A stretch of 63,685 bases of DNA, the filler included, from Craspedostauros australis (taxonomy: Eukaryota), in the NCBI GenBank assembly GCA_030167865.1. It is 10 parts of 10 records of this genome, joined end to end, with 100 filler letters (N's around TTAATTAATTAA, not from the genome) between each part and the next. Parts side by side here need not be neighbours in the genome. Positions count along the whole stretch, not along the records: positions 41,774 to 57,529 come from JALAGF010002486.1; 9 more parts are not named here. One strand, 5' to 3'. The position numbers and the translations under genes are program-made. Numbering within the stretch: position 1 is the stretch's first letter; the number at the start of each line of letters is the position of its first letter. Shown one piece after another: positions 44,946-57,629 of the stretch. Below the pieces are notes generated by a model. The model worked only from the letters and a program-made list of their open reading frames with translations, searched no databases and was not told the origin of the DNA.

Positions 44946-45294
44946 AAGCCGCTTTTTGAGGGAATGAACGATTGAATGAATGAATGAATGAATGAATGAT
45001 TGATTGATGGCGCAGCAGCCAGCATCGTGGAATATAATTGAATGAAAGTTAAAACACAAACGGAACCATCATATCTTATTGTAATAACGCCAAATTACAA
45101 CAACAAGTTGAATCGACACTGAATCAACAACGATGAACTGCAAAGGACACTGTCGGAGCGGGAGTAATGACAGACTTGAGTTGAGCAGAGTCAAGGCACA
45201 TTAACATCGATTCATGATTCATTTCGGTGCTATGCAATCTTCTGCTGCAATGTGTCACTCCTCCTCGTCCTCATCCGTGCATGCTGTGAGTATT

Positions 45295-45834
45295 CTACGT
45301 AAAAATTGGCGTTAGTTTGGTGGTGTTGGGCGGCAGCTGAGCAAGCTCTGCAAAGTTGTCCTTCACGTACTTGGTGAACCTTTTCGCAAGTCGATCCGCG
45401 CCGTAGTTGGCTCCCCACCAGTCCCTCGGATGGTACTGATCTTGATTTTGAAGGATCTTGGTGAACTGCTGCTGCAGGTCCGACATGTCGGTGAAGAATT
45501 CGCCAGTCTGATTGTTCACATACTTCCACCCGCCGAAGATGTGCTTGTTCATGAGGATGGGGGTGTCGAGCGCCAATGCCTGTGCAGCGACGCGAGGTGA
45601 GGCATCTGAGATTTGCGGCAGAAAGACGAATCTGCTTTGGCGGATGTACTTGAACATCTGACTTTGGCCCAGGAATTGGGTCTGCTTGATGAGGCCCTCG
45701 CATTTCTCTGCAGAATTTGTGCATGCACAAATATATAACATAATATATGTAATGTCATGTAATTGTAGAGCATGAAAAATGTGAGAACGAGTACAGATGG
45801 ACACAGTGCGCATGTTTTCGAAATAGCGTCCGGT

Positions 45835-45866
<32 letters not shown>

Positions 45867-48800
45867 TGCGGATAGCTAACAAGACAATGTACCCATGCGC
45901 CAACACACCAATGCACCAATAAGGTGGGCAAATTAACGAGCGCAATCAAGAATACCCGAGCAACACGACACGGCGTCCCATCTGCAACTTACTCGGTATC
46001 GTGCAAGTCATGTTACCCAGCTTGCTGGCAAAGAGGACGCCCGTCATGTTCAGATCGCACATGACATCCAGCGCCTCCTGAACGAACGTCCAATTCTTGT
46101 TGTACGAGCTCCATCCATCGCAGTTGGTCTTCACCTCCTGATTGGAACCGGAGTACGAAAAGTCATATAGCTTCGGTTCTTCGATCTTAGGAAATGCTTC
46201 GATCCAGTCCGATTGCGCCATGAGGACGTGCTTGACGTGGCTTGGGAAGTGCTTTTCGGGATCTCTCATGTTGTGCAAGAATCCTGGGAACAAAGGGGTG
46301 TAGGTATCCTCCGCATACTTCTCGCTCCACGGGTTGGGCCCAGGCAGTGGGAAGTTCTCAAAGCTTGAGATTCCCAGGAACAGCACCTTGTCCTTGTACT
46401 CATGGAACAGATCCCAGGATGCCTTGTCGCTCTTGAACGGCGTTCTGACCATGGCGATGTTGACGTAGTTGTCGTCTTGATCGACCACCGGCTGGAAGGG
46501 CTTGTGACGAACCAGCCTCCTGTAGACAGGGTGGGTGTTGGATGGTCGTGGCATGCACTCCTTGCTTGTCGAATTCCACCGGCATTCTCCGTTGCACCAT
46601 GATTCCCCATATCCCTTTGTACACTCTTTGCACGACAGAGCGGTGTGCTGGCCGCACGTTACAGAGCCAAGTGGTGCACATTTGTGCTTTTCGGCGATCC
46701 ATTCGCAGTCTCCGTTGCACCTGCATATTTGAATGACCATCGTGCGGATGCAGATAGAATTGGAGGAAATACCAGCTTGTCAGTACTTTGAGTCGAGCGG
46801 AGGCAAGGCTGAGGTTGAATAGAACGCAGTTCTGTACTCGTACAAAGCAGATTGTAGTGCAAACCTCAACTATACATAGAGTGCAAATACTTGTGTTTGG
46901 AGCACTACTCCGAACCGATCAAACAACATGACGACGATTGCAGCGAGAAAGATGAAGTGACTTACCACAGCGCGCCATGGCCCTTGGGACAATGCAAGCA
47001 ATTTGCCGCTCGATGCATTCCGCAGCTCACAGCCTTGTGCGGCGGCTGATCCTTCTCTTTCATTTTTCGAAGGCGCTTTAATTTGTCATTCACCCTTGCG
47101 ACCGCGGGATTGCCTTCCCGTACGCTTGTCGGGTGCCACGGATGGTGGACGCCTAGCAGCCGCGTGTATACGTACTTGTCGAACCATTCAAAGTTCTTGC
47201 ATTTGTTGGCTTCGCGATGTTGTATCTGTTTCTGAATGCGAGGGTCGTCCTTCATCTCTTTGATGAATTGATACCACTCGGGGTGCTTGGACGGATCAGC
47301 TGATCCGAAGCTGATTTTGTAAAATTCATCTTTGGCTGGATGATCCTTGGCCCAAACCTCCAGAACTCGCATGTTGTTGCGCGTCACGACCTTCGTGAAG
47401 TCATCAGCTTTGCCCTCGCGCAGTCGATATGTGCCGTTGTGAAGATTCAGTTCATCGATCAATCGCTGTGGCACGTGCGGAGGCCAATGTCCAACCTCGT
47501 GGATGTGGATGCGGTAGATGTGGCCCACGCGGGAGCACGGGACCATCACGACACGTCCACCGCACATCCACGTCTTCATGGCGAGCTCCGTGTTCTCTGC
47601 ACCCCAAATGTAAATCCCCTCATCGTACCCACCCAGTCTCCAAAACTCGTCCTGTCGCATGGCGAAGAGCGATCCTGGGCCAAACGGAGTTTCGAATGGT
47701 TCGCGCGATCCAGGACGCTCAACTTTACCGTGTTCGCTGAATCGATCCAGGTTGTATCCGAAGAAGAAGTGTTCATTGATCTTCCCGTATGATGGCGTTG
47801 CTGGGTTGCTGTAGTTATGCGCACCAAGGTCGCCCAATCCATCGATGACCTGCATGGATAGCGTTTTTGGATTCTCCAAAATAGGCAGGAGGAGATGCTC
47901 CAACCATGTCCCGCTTTCCATCTCCACATGAGAATCGATGAATACCAGCACTTCGCCTTTCGCGGCCTTGGCACCAATCAATCGAGAGCGCGCACATCCT
48001 TCACGCAGACGGTTAGTGATGACCTTCACCTTGGGGAGCTTGGTCATTTCTTGGATCTCTCGTTCGCTCGGATCAATGTCGTCCTCGTCTCCTCCCAAGT
48101 CATTGTCATTGTCATTGCCGCCACCACTACCATCTATGGAATTGGCGTCGTTCTGGACAGCGCCTTGCTTGGCACCGGCTTTTTTCGTTTTTGCGGGTCG
48201 TTCGCCTGGTTCCTGGCCGTTATCATCGACCAGAATAATCTCCTCCAACAGCTCCGGCGGGGTGCGCGCCAAGACGCTGTGCACGGTCATAGGAATGGCA
48301 CCTTGCAGTTCATGTTGAACGGTGACGATGACCGATACCTTCGGCATTTGGGTCGTGTTGAAACGGTACAGACCGCACACGGGGTGGAAGAACTTGTGAC
48401 CTGGTGACGGCCGTAACGATGATAACTCGGACGCGTCCACGTACGTGCGGCCGAGATAATCATCGGTTGAAGTTTCCAACCAGTACGCTGGTGTCAGAAT
48501 TGGATCCACGTTGTCGTTGTCGCCAATGGTGCTTTTGGCATTCGAATTGGCCGCTTCTTTATTTCTGTTTGAATCAGCAGCATCTGCGGTCAACAACCGT
48601 ATCTGATCTTCGAACTCCAGCTTCTGCTGTTGCAGCTTCTGTTGCAGCTCCTCGTAAATGGCCTTGTAGGGATTGATAGTCGTGATGCTCGCATCCGTAG
48701 TGACAATTTCCGCCTCCTTGGCAATTCCTCCAAACTGAGAGGGATCTTTGTTCATCTCCATCTCGATCCTTCCCATGGGGTCTCCGCAGTTGGATTGCTG

Positions 48801-49073
48801 CATCAGGTATGTCATGTACGAAGTGGAATAGCCGAGGTACAACAACATCGAAATGAAGAGTCCCAGCACTTGAGTCTTGGGCGGAACGTTGCACCTTGCC
48901 GTTGCTGACGACGAAGCCATCGTGGATGCTGCTGCGGATGCGGACGTTGATGGAGTGTTAGATGTCGTTGGTCTTGTTCTGGGGACCTGGTATTGGCCGT
49001 CCCCGTTGTTGCTGCCAGCTTGGTCATTGTCGTCATTCTTCTTGTTTGCGACAGATGACCTCATCGTTGTCAT
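45295..49073 (-). CDS. Polypeptide GalNAc-transferase (GT27)-like domain fused to two Cys-rich repeats and a GT-B-like glycosyltransferase; complement join(45295..45707,45993..46720,46966..49073), about 1082 aa
   Basis: GT27 motifs: PKVSVIV, EEIILVDD, FIDSHVE, GGYDEG..IWGAENTEL..KTWMCGG, PCSRVGHIYR. Two GTAAGT...gcAG introns keep frame. C-terminal FLPQISDASPRVAAQALALDTPILMN...GGWKYV..QTGEFF. Confidence 0.8.
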
Positions 49074-50421
49074 CCACCGATCTTGGGCCTGGGAGCGTAC
49101 TCGTACGTGGGCTGTGCCACTTGGGTGTATCGCAGTGTTTGTATCCCTGTCTGTACCAATCTTACCATATGATCGTGGCTGGAGAGAGAGAGAGGCGGCG
49201 GTATGTTGTTACGCAGCAAGATTCGTTCAATCGCAATCGAGCATCAGCAACTCTGGATCCAAAAAAGATGGTCGGCAGAGACCCGAGATCAAAGGTCGAA
49301 AATGAGGCAATGACGAACCAGAATCCAGGACGGAATGGAAATAGACGTTGTACGAGTGTGGGTGCGAAGAGGTCGTGCGCTTCGATGTGTATCGCAACAA
49401 TGGTATGGTGTTGCACTTGTATTCGTAGGTCGTGTACGACTAGCACGTCTATGCTTTTCTCGATTGCCTCCCTTGTTTGCTGATCGATGGGTCGTCTTCT
49501 CCAGTTCATTCGCGATGACCGCTGTCATTATTGTTCCTTTTTCTCATCGTTGTCGCGATCGTGCTTTCCTTTGCATTGGTTCTGCTTGTTTCTGTTTCCA
49601 TTTCCGAATCTGTTTCTGTGTGGTTTACACGTGTCTTGATCAGTAAGACGCACTGAACTGAAACTGCGTGATTCAATCGGCGAATCACGGAATGATAAAC
49701 CACGACTCAGCCGGTTCACCTTTGATTCTTATGGTCCAACTGATCGAAACGCGGCTTCGAAAGGTGACTTGGAACGTGACTGAATTGGGAACTGGCCAAA
49801 AAAGAAGAAGATCCGTTCTGTCGCTGGTGTGTGTTTCTTGCCTCTTGGTTGACACACACAGTGAGACCAACCGTGGTACACTCGCAGCTCGTTGATCGTG
49901 GTGGTGGGAGGTCGCGAAGAGCAGACGCGCGTTTCTTGTACCGAGTCACAGACGCGAGGCATCGCATCACGCCCAACAGCAACCGCCACGGGAAACGTCG
50001 TTCTTTTCTTTCTTGCTTTTCTTGCTGCGTCCCCTCTCCCTGCCTTGTGGGAACTGGCGCTGGTGTGTGGATGAGTGGGCTCATAGTCGCAGAAGCCCTT
50101 GACAAGAAGGACAAGAAACAGAGTGCAAGCGACCAGTGGCGACAGCACCATCACCATTAACCAGCAAGCAGCCGATTGCAAGCCTCGGCGTCCACTCCAC
50201 ACCGGTCTCAGCTCCTCGATCGCACGTTGCGGGCAGTCATCGCCAGCACCCGCGTATCATCCGCATTCCATCAACTCTGCTCTGCGAGTGATCCCACCCA
50301 ACGCTCCCACATTCGGTTTGGCTTCGCTTGGTCCGATTCAATCTGATTCAATCTGATTTGGCTTGATTTGATTTGATTTGATCTGGGTTGGATCATTTGA
50401 CACGGAGCGTTGGGAAGCGTC

Positions 50422-53400
50422 ATGGCGGATCACAACAACCAGGGCTACGGCGCAGGCGGCGGCGGTGGTGGTGCGAACAACTTGTACAACAACAGCCAGC
50501 AGTTCGAGCAGCAGCATCAGCAACACCAACAACAACACCAACAACAGGCGCAGCAACAAGAGCCACAACAACAGCAGCAACAGCACTTCTTCCAGCACGA
50601 AGATGCGCGCCACGATGACATCAACTTCCAGCCGCCGCAGCTATTCGATGAGAACGGAATGCCGCTCCCGAACCAGTTCGATCAACAGCAGCAAACGATG
50701 ATGGGCGACCCGCCCATGATGCCAGACGGCAGCGATGGCGATGGCGGCGACCAGTACAGCTACGATCAGAACACATACGATGGGCAGACCACGGCAGAGT
50801 ACTCGGCCAGCGTGCCGGACATCCTCTACCTCAACCAGCTCTGCAAGAATGCCATCCCGCCCCGCGACTCCTCAGAAGACTCCAGGATAGAAGCAGAGCA
50901 GAGCTGGCAGCCGGTCAAGGAATGGCTGCGAACGCACACCGCGGACGAAGTTCGCACAGCCGCGGAGCAGAAGGGGGACGCCTCCATGACCGCCCTGCAC
51001 TTTGCCTGCCGCAACGCACCGCCGGAGGACGTCGTCAACGTCTTCCTCAGCATCGCCGTGGAGACGGCGCAATGGCCGGACAACTTTGGTTGGTTGCCCA
51101 TCCACTACGCCTGCGCCTGCGGTGCGGACAAGGAGGTCATCCAGGCCCTCAAGGAGGCGTATCCCGACTCGGCCACGACCATCGACAAGCGCGGTCGCAC
51201 GCCTTTGCACTTTGCGTTGGGAAATTCGAATCCAGAAAAGCCCGTGTCCCCGGATGTCGTCGTTTGGCTCAGTTCCACAGGCGCCGCCAGCTACGCAGAT
51301 GATAACGGGATGTTGGTACGTCCATGTCGTCTGGCATGTTGTGTGTTATGTCGTGTGTCATGCCGTGTGCCGATTTCATTTGTCTCAACGAAGCCTCGGA
51401 TCGCACCAACTCATCTCCCTTTCATTTCCAATTCATTTGCTCATGCTCCTCCCCTCATCCGTTCACCCAACCATTCACTGCTGAATGATTCATCGATTGA
51501 TTGGCTCATCGATTCATCGCTAATGCTCCATCCGCTCTCGCATCCCAAACCTCCACGTCACGCACTACTTCACCCCCCTCCATTTGCGCCCGCATCAAAT
51601 GACATAACAAATGCCGGGACAATACGCGACAGCCGTTGCACTACGCCTGCGCTTACGGTGCCTCGGAGGAGGCATTGTACATGCTCACGGATGCCCACAA
51701 GGACGGCATCGCCACGATGGATAGCCGTGGACGCACGCCGCTGCACTTTGCCCTGTCCAATGCGGGACGCAAGGCTGCGCCGGCGGCGGTCCGCCTCTTG
51801 CTCAGCCTCAACAAGAACATCGTCAATGCGCAGGAGGGTGGGCCGCTGCCACTTCGCGTCCTCGCCGAGTTTGCGTCGACGGTGCAGAAGAACGCCGAAC
51901 AGCGCGACTCCGTGGGTCGCTGCTTGGAGCACATGCTGCTTGCGGAGCCAGACCCGACGGCTGATTTCTTCACGGCGTTGCAATCCTTGCCAGATTGGTT
52001 GCAGGAGCAGGCCGTCGTCATGCCGGTGGTCCAGATGCTGTTGAACGAGAAGATCGCCCAACGATTCCCATCCGCAATTCTCATGAGCGAATTCTACATC
52101 CAGGTCATGGTCGTCGTCACCTACTCCCTCGTGGTCCCAGAATCCATCGACAAGCGATTTGACGAGAACGATGACGATTCGTCGATCAGCTTGCTGTCCC
52201 TCAGCCCGCTCTACCTCGGCGGCATCTACTTCCTTTGCCGTGAGCTGATCCAGATCCTCAGTCTCATCTCGCTTCGTGCATTCCACATTTGGGTCTACGA
52301 CCCCAGCAACTGGCTCAACGTTGTCTACGTCCTCATCGTCTACTTCTGGACCATCACCATGCAGCTGGGAACGGGCGATCGCGAAGTCTTCCGCACGTAC
52401 GCGGCACTGTCCGTCATCATTCTGTGGCTCAAGCTCCTCGGCTACCTCCGTTTCTTACTCATCGATTTCGCCGTGTTCATCGGCGGTGTCTTTTACGTCG
52501 TGCGAAGGTTGGCGGCGTTCCTTCTCTCGTTGTTCATTATTCTCATCGCCTTCGCGCAGATGTTCTACACGGTCTTTCAGAAGAAGGAACCGTACTGCAC
52601 GCAGCAACCAAATGACGAGCTCAGCCTGGAGGAGCGCAACGCCAACCTCCAATGCGAAAACAACCAAGTTCGTCCATTCTGCAACAAATGGGATTCCTTC
52701 TTGCGAGTATTCACGATGCTCCTGGGCGAAGTCAACTCGGACGACTTTGTAGACTCCAAGGTCGCCCTGTGGCTGTTCTGCATCTTCTACTTCCTCGTCG
52801 TCATCCTCCTGGCCAATGTGTAAGTACTCCGACAGCACGGATGCAACGAAAGAAATGAAGGTCGGAATCGAAACGAATGCAGGCTCTGCCGATACGCCGA
52901 GACAGCCGCCGTTCGTGATGGAAATTCGTTCATTCATTGTTCATTCATCGTTGAGCGACCGTATCGTTGTATCTGGCATCTGTCTATGAATAACACAGTG
53001 GTTTCGAATTTCACCCGTGCTCATCTGTCCATCCATCCGACTTATCTCTTGCATCTTTTCTTTGTTGGTCCAACACTTCGACTTTTGATGCCACATCTAC
53101 CGCTTCACGAATTCACTGATGCGGGTACAGCTTGATTGCGATCGTCACGGAATCCTACAAGGTCATCCAGGATCAACGCGCTGCGATCGTGTTCTGGACC
53201 AACCGGCTTGGTTTCATCGCCGAAATGGACGCCATCGCCAACGGACCGTGGAAGATGCGCTTGAGGCAAATGCTGGGTTTGAAAATCCCGCCTCGCAACA
53301 TTCACCGCGAGGTCACGTTCGGACAAGAATTCTGGAAGCGCCTCATGGAGCTGTTTGAGGAGGACATCGAGGATGGTGTCATGTCCATCGACTTCCTGTG

Positions 53401-53761
53401 CTACACCATGCTCAGGATTGGCGCGGCCGTCATCGTGATCCCCTTCTGGGTGCTCCTGGGAATCTTCAGCTTCGGTTGGTTCTGGCCACCGCAAATCCGT
53501 GAGGTCGTCTTCACGAGTTCGGTCTTCAAGCACGCCAGTGACTCGGAGAAGCGGGACGAATTGAGACGGAATCAGGTGAAGTTGCTCCAAGCTGAAGTGA
53601 CCACTCTGGAGGATGACTTGCTCCAAGAGATCACCATCGATCGAACGCACGTCGTGCAAATGAAGTCGCTGGTGATACAGCGGAAGCAAGAAATCCAGAG
53701 CGAGATGAAGCAAATCAAGCAGATCGTCAACATGCTCTTCGAGCAGCAACTGACAACGTGA
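50422..53761 (+). CDS. Ankyrin-repeat ion-transport (TRP-like) channel; join(50422..51315,51633..52819,53131..53761)
   Basis: Ankyrin motifs TALHFAC, LPIHYAC, TPLHFAL (x2), PLHYAC; TM region YDPSNWLNV, LWLKLLGYLR, FTMLLGE, VILLANVLIAIVTESY after splicing; canonical introns keep frame. Confidence 0.85.
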
Positions 53762-54895
53762 GGAAGCGAAGGTTTTGGCATGCTTCGACGGCGATGTGGA
53801 CAAGCAGCTGCCATAATGTTGATCATCGATCCTGTTCGTCTGTGAAGACCTCTGTGCGTATGTACACATGTACGAGGATGGAATGGTCAAAGGATGAATT
53901 GGCAATGGATGGACTGGTAGTGAACGGATTGATAATGGATAGAAGGAGAGATTAGTGTGAAAATTGCAGCTCTGGTAAAACACACAGTTTACACAAAGCC
54001 AGACCACCATCATCATCGTCAGCATCATCCGTGTTAGCAATACTTTGTGCAGCAACATCGTACGTACAATGAATATGCGTATCTGCGATCTATCCTCGCA
54101 CTGTAGCATGAAGACCAAACGCTGCTGCAATAGTGTCCGAAACAGGCGATCTTTCGAACACTTTCAAGGTATCGGACAAAGTCCGTGATATTAGTCATGA
54201 CTCCAATCTACATTCGTGTTTAAGAACAAAACTCATGTACAATATTCTGTGTTTGGAATCACCCCCTTAGCTCCAAATGATATGGTTTCGCGCAAAAGTC
54301 GGACATACATTGCATCGCCACAACGAATGTCAGTGGAGAGAGGGAAAGGAATGCCCATCGAGGCAGTTCCGGTGACTACGAGCTACTCATCCGACGATCT
54401 GTCTCTTCTCACGCTTGATGGATGGATGGATGGATGAATGGATCAATAAATACTCGTATTGATTCTACTCCCGCTCGTGACTCGTCTACCCGGCGTACGC
54501 AAACCGCGCACCTCGCGCCCACTTTTTCCCTAGAGCAGAGCAAGACACTAGCAGAGGTTCAGACCGCAACTCCTCAATACATCAATGCTATCTCTCATAA
54601 ATATTAGCGAACAACATTGATTCACACACTCCGTCCTATTGACAACTCGTACCAGTAAATCAAATCAACAAATTCATTGATGAAGGAATCAGCTGTCTGA
54701 AACGACAAACAATTGTACTAATATTTTCCATAGCAACAGTCGTTCGGTTTGGCACCTACCTTCTCCAAGTAGAGTGAACGGTTGTAGCAGATTATACGTC
54801 GCATGTAAGAGTAGCATGTACAGGGTAGCAGCATTCTGCGGGTACTCTGATACGAACGATTACGAGCTACTTGTTGTACCATGCCATGCAGCAGC

Positions 54896-56707
54896 TCAGT
54901 TTGGAAGTGGATTTCTGGATGGTCCATGGTCGGCTGGGATGGTCCCGACCATTTCAAAAGAAGCAGTGGTGGACCCGCCGTAATAGTGCTTCATCATGAT
55001 GTCGGCACTTTCATCCGAAAGTCCTTGAAGGAAAACCTGCTTCCCTGCCTCCTTGTACTTGCTCGCCATGCTTTGGATGGCGTTCGCCGCGGAATGGTCC
55101 ATGATCTGGGAGTCTGTAAAATCCAAGACGATCTGCGCTGGGTCGCTCTTCACACTGAACAGGGAATCAAATTGACTCGTCGATCCAAAGAACAGCGGGC
55201 CGTCCATCTTGTACGTCTTGCTCTTGGGTGTGCTGGACGACTTCGAAGCTTTCAGCTTGGAGGATTGCTTCCATGCAAAGCCCAGGGCGCTCACGACGGT
55301 CCCGGAGAGGACGGCAACGGCAAGGTCCTTCTGAATCATCAGGATAGACACCAGCGCGATGACGGCGGCATCGAGCTTCGGAATCTTGTTCAGAAGACGC
55401 AAGGATGACCAGGAGAAGGTGGACTGGCACACCAGCAGCATGACGCCGACGAGTGACGCAACCGGGACGCTCGCCAGCAACGGAGCGGCAGCCACGATTC
55501 CAATGGCCAAGAATAACGCCATGCTCATTCCAGACCATCTCGAGATACCGCCGCCACTCTGAACATTGATAATGCTTTGCCCCAGCAGTGCGCAGCCTCC
55601 GATGCCGCCCGTGAGGCCGCTGAGGATGTTTCCGGATCCCTGCCCCACGCATTCCTTGGCGGCGGACCCCTTCTTGCCATCATCAACGATGCTATCCAGC
55701 AGCTGCATCGTCAGCAGACTCTCCAAGCATCCGACAGCCGCCATGGTGATTGCGTATGGGAGCACGATCCCGACAGTCTCCATCGACATTGGCACCATGG
55801 GCAAACCGAGCTTCGGCAGCACGGACCAGCCACCGGCGAACGTGGATGCACCCGCCACATCTGCCAGCGTCTTTGCGGAGAGCTTGAAATAATGCGCGAT
55901 GGCCGTGACGATGGCCACAGCTCCGAGCGATGGTGGAACTGCCTTTGTCAGCCTCGGAATCAACTTGACCAACACCATCGTCAAGGCAGCCACGCCGTAC
56001 GTGCTGGAGCCCATGTCGCTCGTCAGGCTCATGAATTTCCCACCAGTCTTGAAGTGCATCATCTGCGCCTTTGTCATGACGACAGCCAAGCCATTGACGA
56101 AGCCGTACATGACGGACTGGGGGACGAGCTTGATGAAGCTTCCCAGTCCAAGCAGACCTGCGCCAATTTGGAGCATGCCCGCCATGATGGCGCAGGCGGA
56201 TAGGTACGCGGGACCGTGCGCTGCGCACAGCGCCGCCACGACGATGGAGCAGGCTCCCGAGGCCGATGAGCAGATTCCAGCGCGCCCACCGAGTGCAGCG
56301 GCGACAAATCCCAGCACCACCGTCGTCCAAAGTCCCACCAAGGGGTTGACCCCGGCAACGAACGCAAAGGCGACGGCTTCCGGGATCATCGCCAAGCTGA
56401 CGGCCAGGCCGGATGTGCTGGCTTGGAACAGCTTTTGCCGGTCTGAGAACATCTTCTGAAAGATGGACCGCTGTTGTCCCGCGGCTGCATCACCGACGTC
56501 CTGGTGGCTGTCGGTCTTGCTGTTGTGGTTGGCCGCATTCATTCCAACCGCATGCTTCCGCTGGAAGCGGTTTCCAAGTCGCACCCTCTGTGCCACCGCC
56601 TTGAAGGCTCGGGACGGCTTTGGTTCGACCAGACCATCGACACCCCTCTGTTGTGACAGCAAGCAAACGGCTGCAGCAAGTAGCAGTGCGGATTGACTGA
56701 ACCTCAT
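54896..56707 (-). CDS. SulP/SLC26 anion permease with STAS domain and probable bipartite plastid leader
   Basis: SLAMIPEAVAFAFVAGVNPLVGL, ESLLTMQLLD, GGCALLGQSIIN, GPLFFGS, LDFTDSQIMDHSA; signal peptide followed by a basic stretch. Confidence 0.9.
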   Translation of the reverse strand: MRFSQSALLLAAAVCLLSQQRGVDGLVEPKPSRAFKAVAQRVRLGNRFQRKHAVGMNAANHNSKTDSHQDVGDAAAGQQRSIFQKMFSDRQKLFQASTSGLAVSLAMIPEAVAFAFVAGVNPLVGLWTTVVLGFVAAALGGRAGICSSASGACSIVVAALCAAHGPAYLSACAIMAGMLQIGAGLLGLGSFIKLVPQSVMYGFVNGLAVVMTKAQMMHFKTGGKFMSLTSDMGSSTYGVAALTMVLVKLIPRLTKAVPPSLGAVAIVTAIAHYFKLSAKTLADVAGASTFAGGWSVLPKLGLPMVPMSMETVGIVLPYAITMAAVGCLESLLTMQLLDSIVDDGKKGSAAKECVGQGSGNILSGLTGGIGGCALLGQSIINVQSGGGISRWSGMSMALFLAIGIVAAAPLLASVPVASLVGVMLLVCQSTFSWSSLRLLNKIPKLDAAVIALVSILMIQKDLAVAVLSGTVVSALGFAWKQSSKLKASKSSSTPKSKTYKMDGPLFFGSTSQFDSLFSVKSDPAQIVLDFTDSQIMDHSAANAIQSMASKYKEAGKQVFLQGLSDESADIMMKHYYGGSTTASFEMVGTIPADHGPSRNPLPN

Positions 56708-57629
56708 TTTTGCGCCTTGATTGAATGATGCTTGTGCTAATAGTAGAGTACTGCTCTAGCTCGTTTGCCGATGAGCAGAAATCGATCAATCAATGAAATC
56801 GTGTGACGAATGGAAGTTGTGTTCGTGCTTCGTGGAACGTATTGGTCGTGTGCAGGAGTGTCCAGCGCGGCGGATGTCGCGAGAGTAAGAGTACGAGTGT
56901 GTACAAGTATTGGTATGGGTGGCAATGACGGTCGGATCCTCAAGACGTCTTCAACTGCAATGCTGTGCGCGGTGACGTGCCTCTCCTGATGGATGCGCGA
57001 ATTCGTTCCTCCACCAGAATCGGAATTTTGTCATCGGCTTTTTTGTGGCGCGCAACGTCATTCGTGATTTGGAATCCTGTACGTAGACTTCGAAGATATA
57101 GTTAGTGTTCCGTGTCTTTTGCACGTTGTCAGGAGAATGATCTGCCCTTCAACCGGCTTTGACGCCGTTTGATGTTGAGAGCAAAGCTGTATCAGACGAT
57201 GGTGTAACTGTAGTGAACTTGGAAGTAAGCTGTGAAGATTGTTTCTGATTGCTTGTTTTATGTGTTAAGCTTACTATTGATGGGACGATCGAGTAAAAAG
57301 GTGGGGTTCGTGCTGTCGTACTTCAGCCGTTCTTTGTTGCGCAGCAGCATGCCGTGTTGATCCTGCACACATACAGTCTTCCAGTATCATCACCCGTAGA
57401 GCAGCAGCTGATCCATTCACATGGATATGCTTCAAGATGAGTGTATGTTCGGCAGGGTGACGAGCTGGACAGGTGGCAGGGGTGCATGAGCTGGAGGGCG
57501 AGCAACGCATGGATTGCAGTTCAACTACANNNNNNNNNNNNNNNNNNNNNNNNNNNNNNNNNNNNNNNNNNNNTTAATTAATTAANNNNNNNNNNNNNNN
57601 NNNNNNNNNNNNNNNNNNNNNNNNNNNNN

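Noticed and set aside
57173..57529. TGTTGAGAGC... as the start of an LTR before the contig break
   Set aside because: Plausible, but there is no second copy, PBS or PPT in the window to support it.
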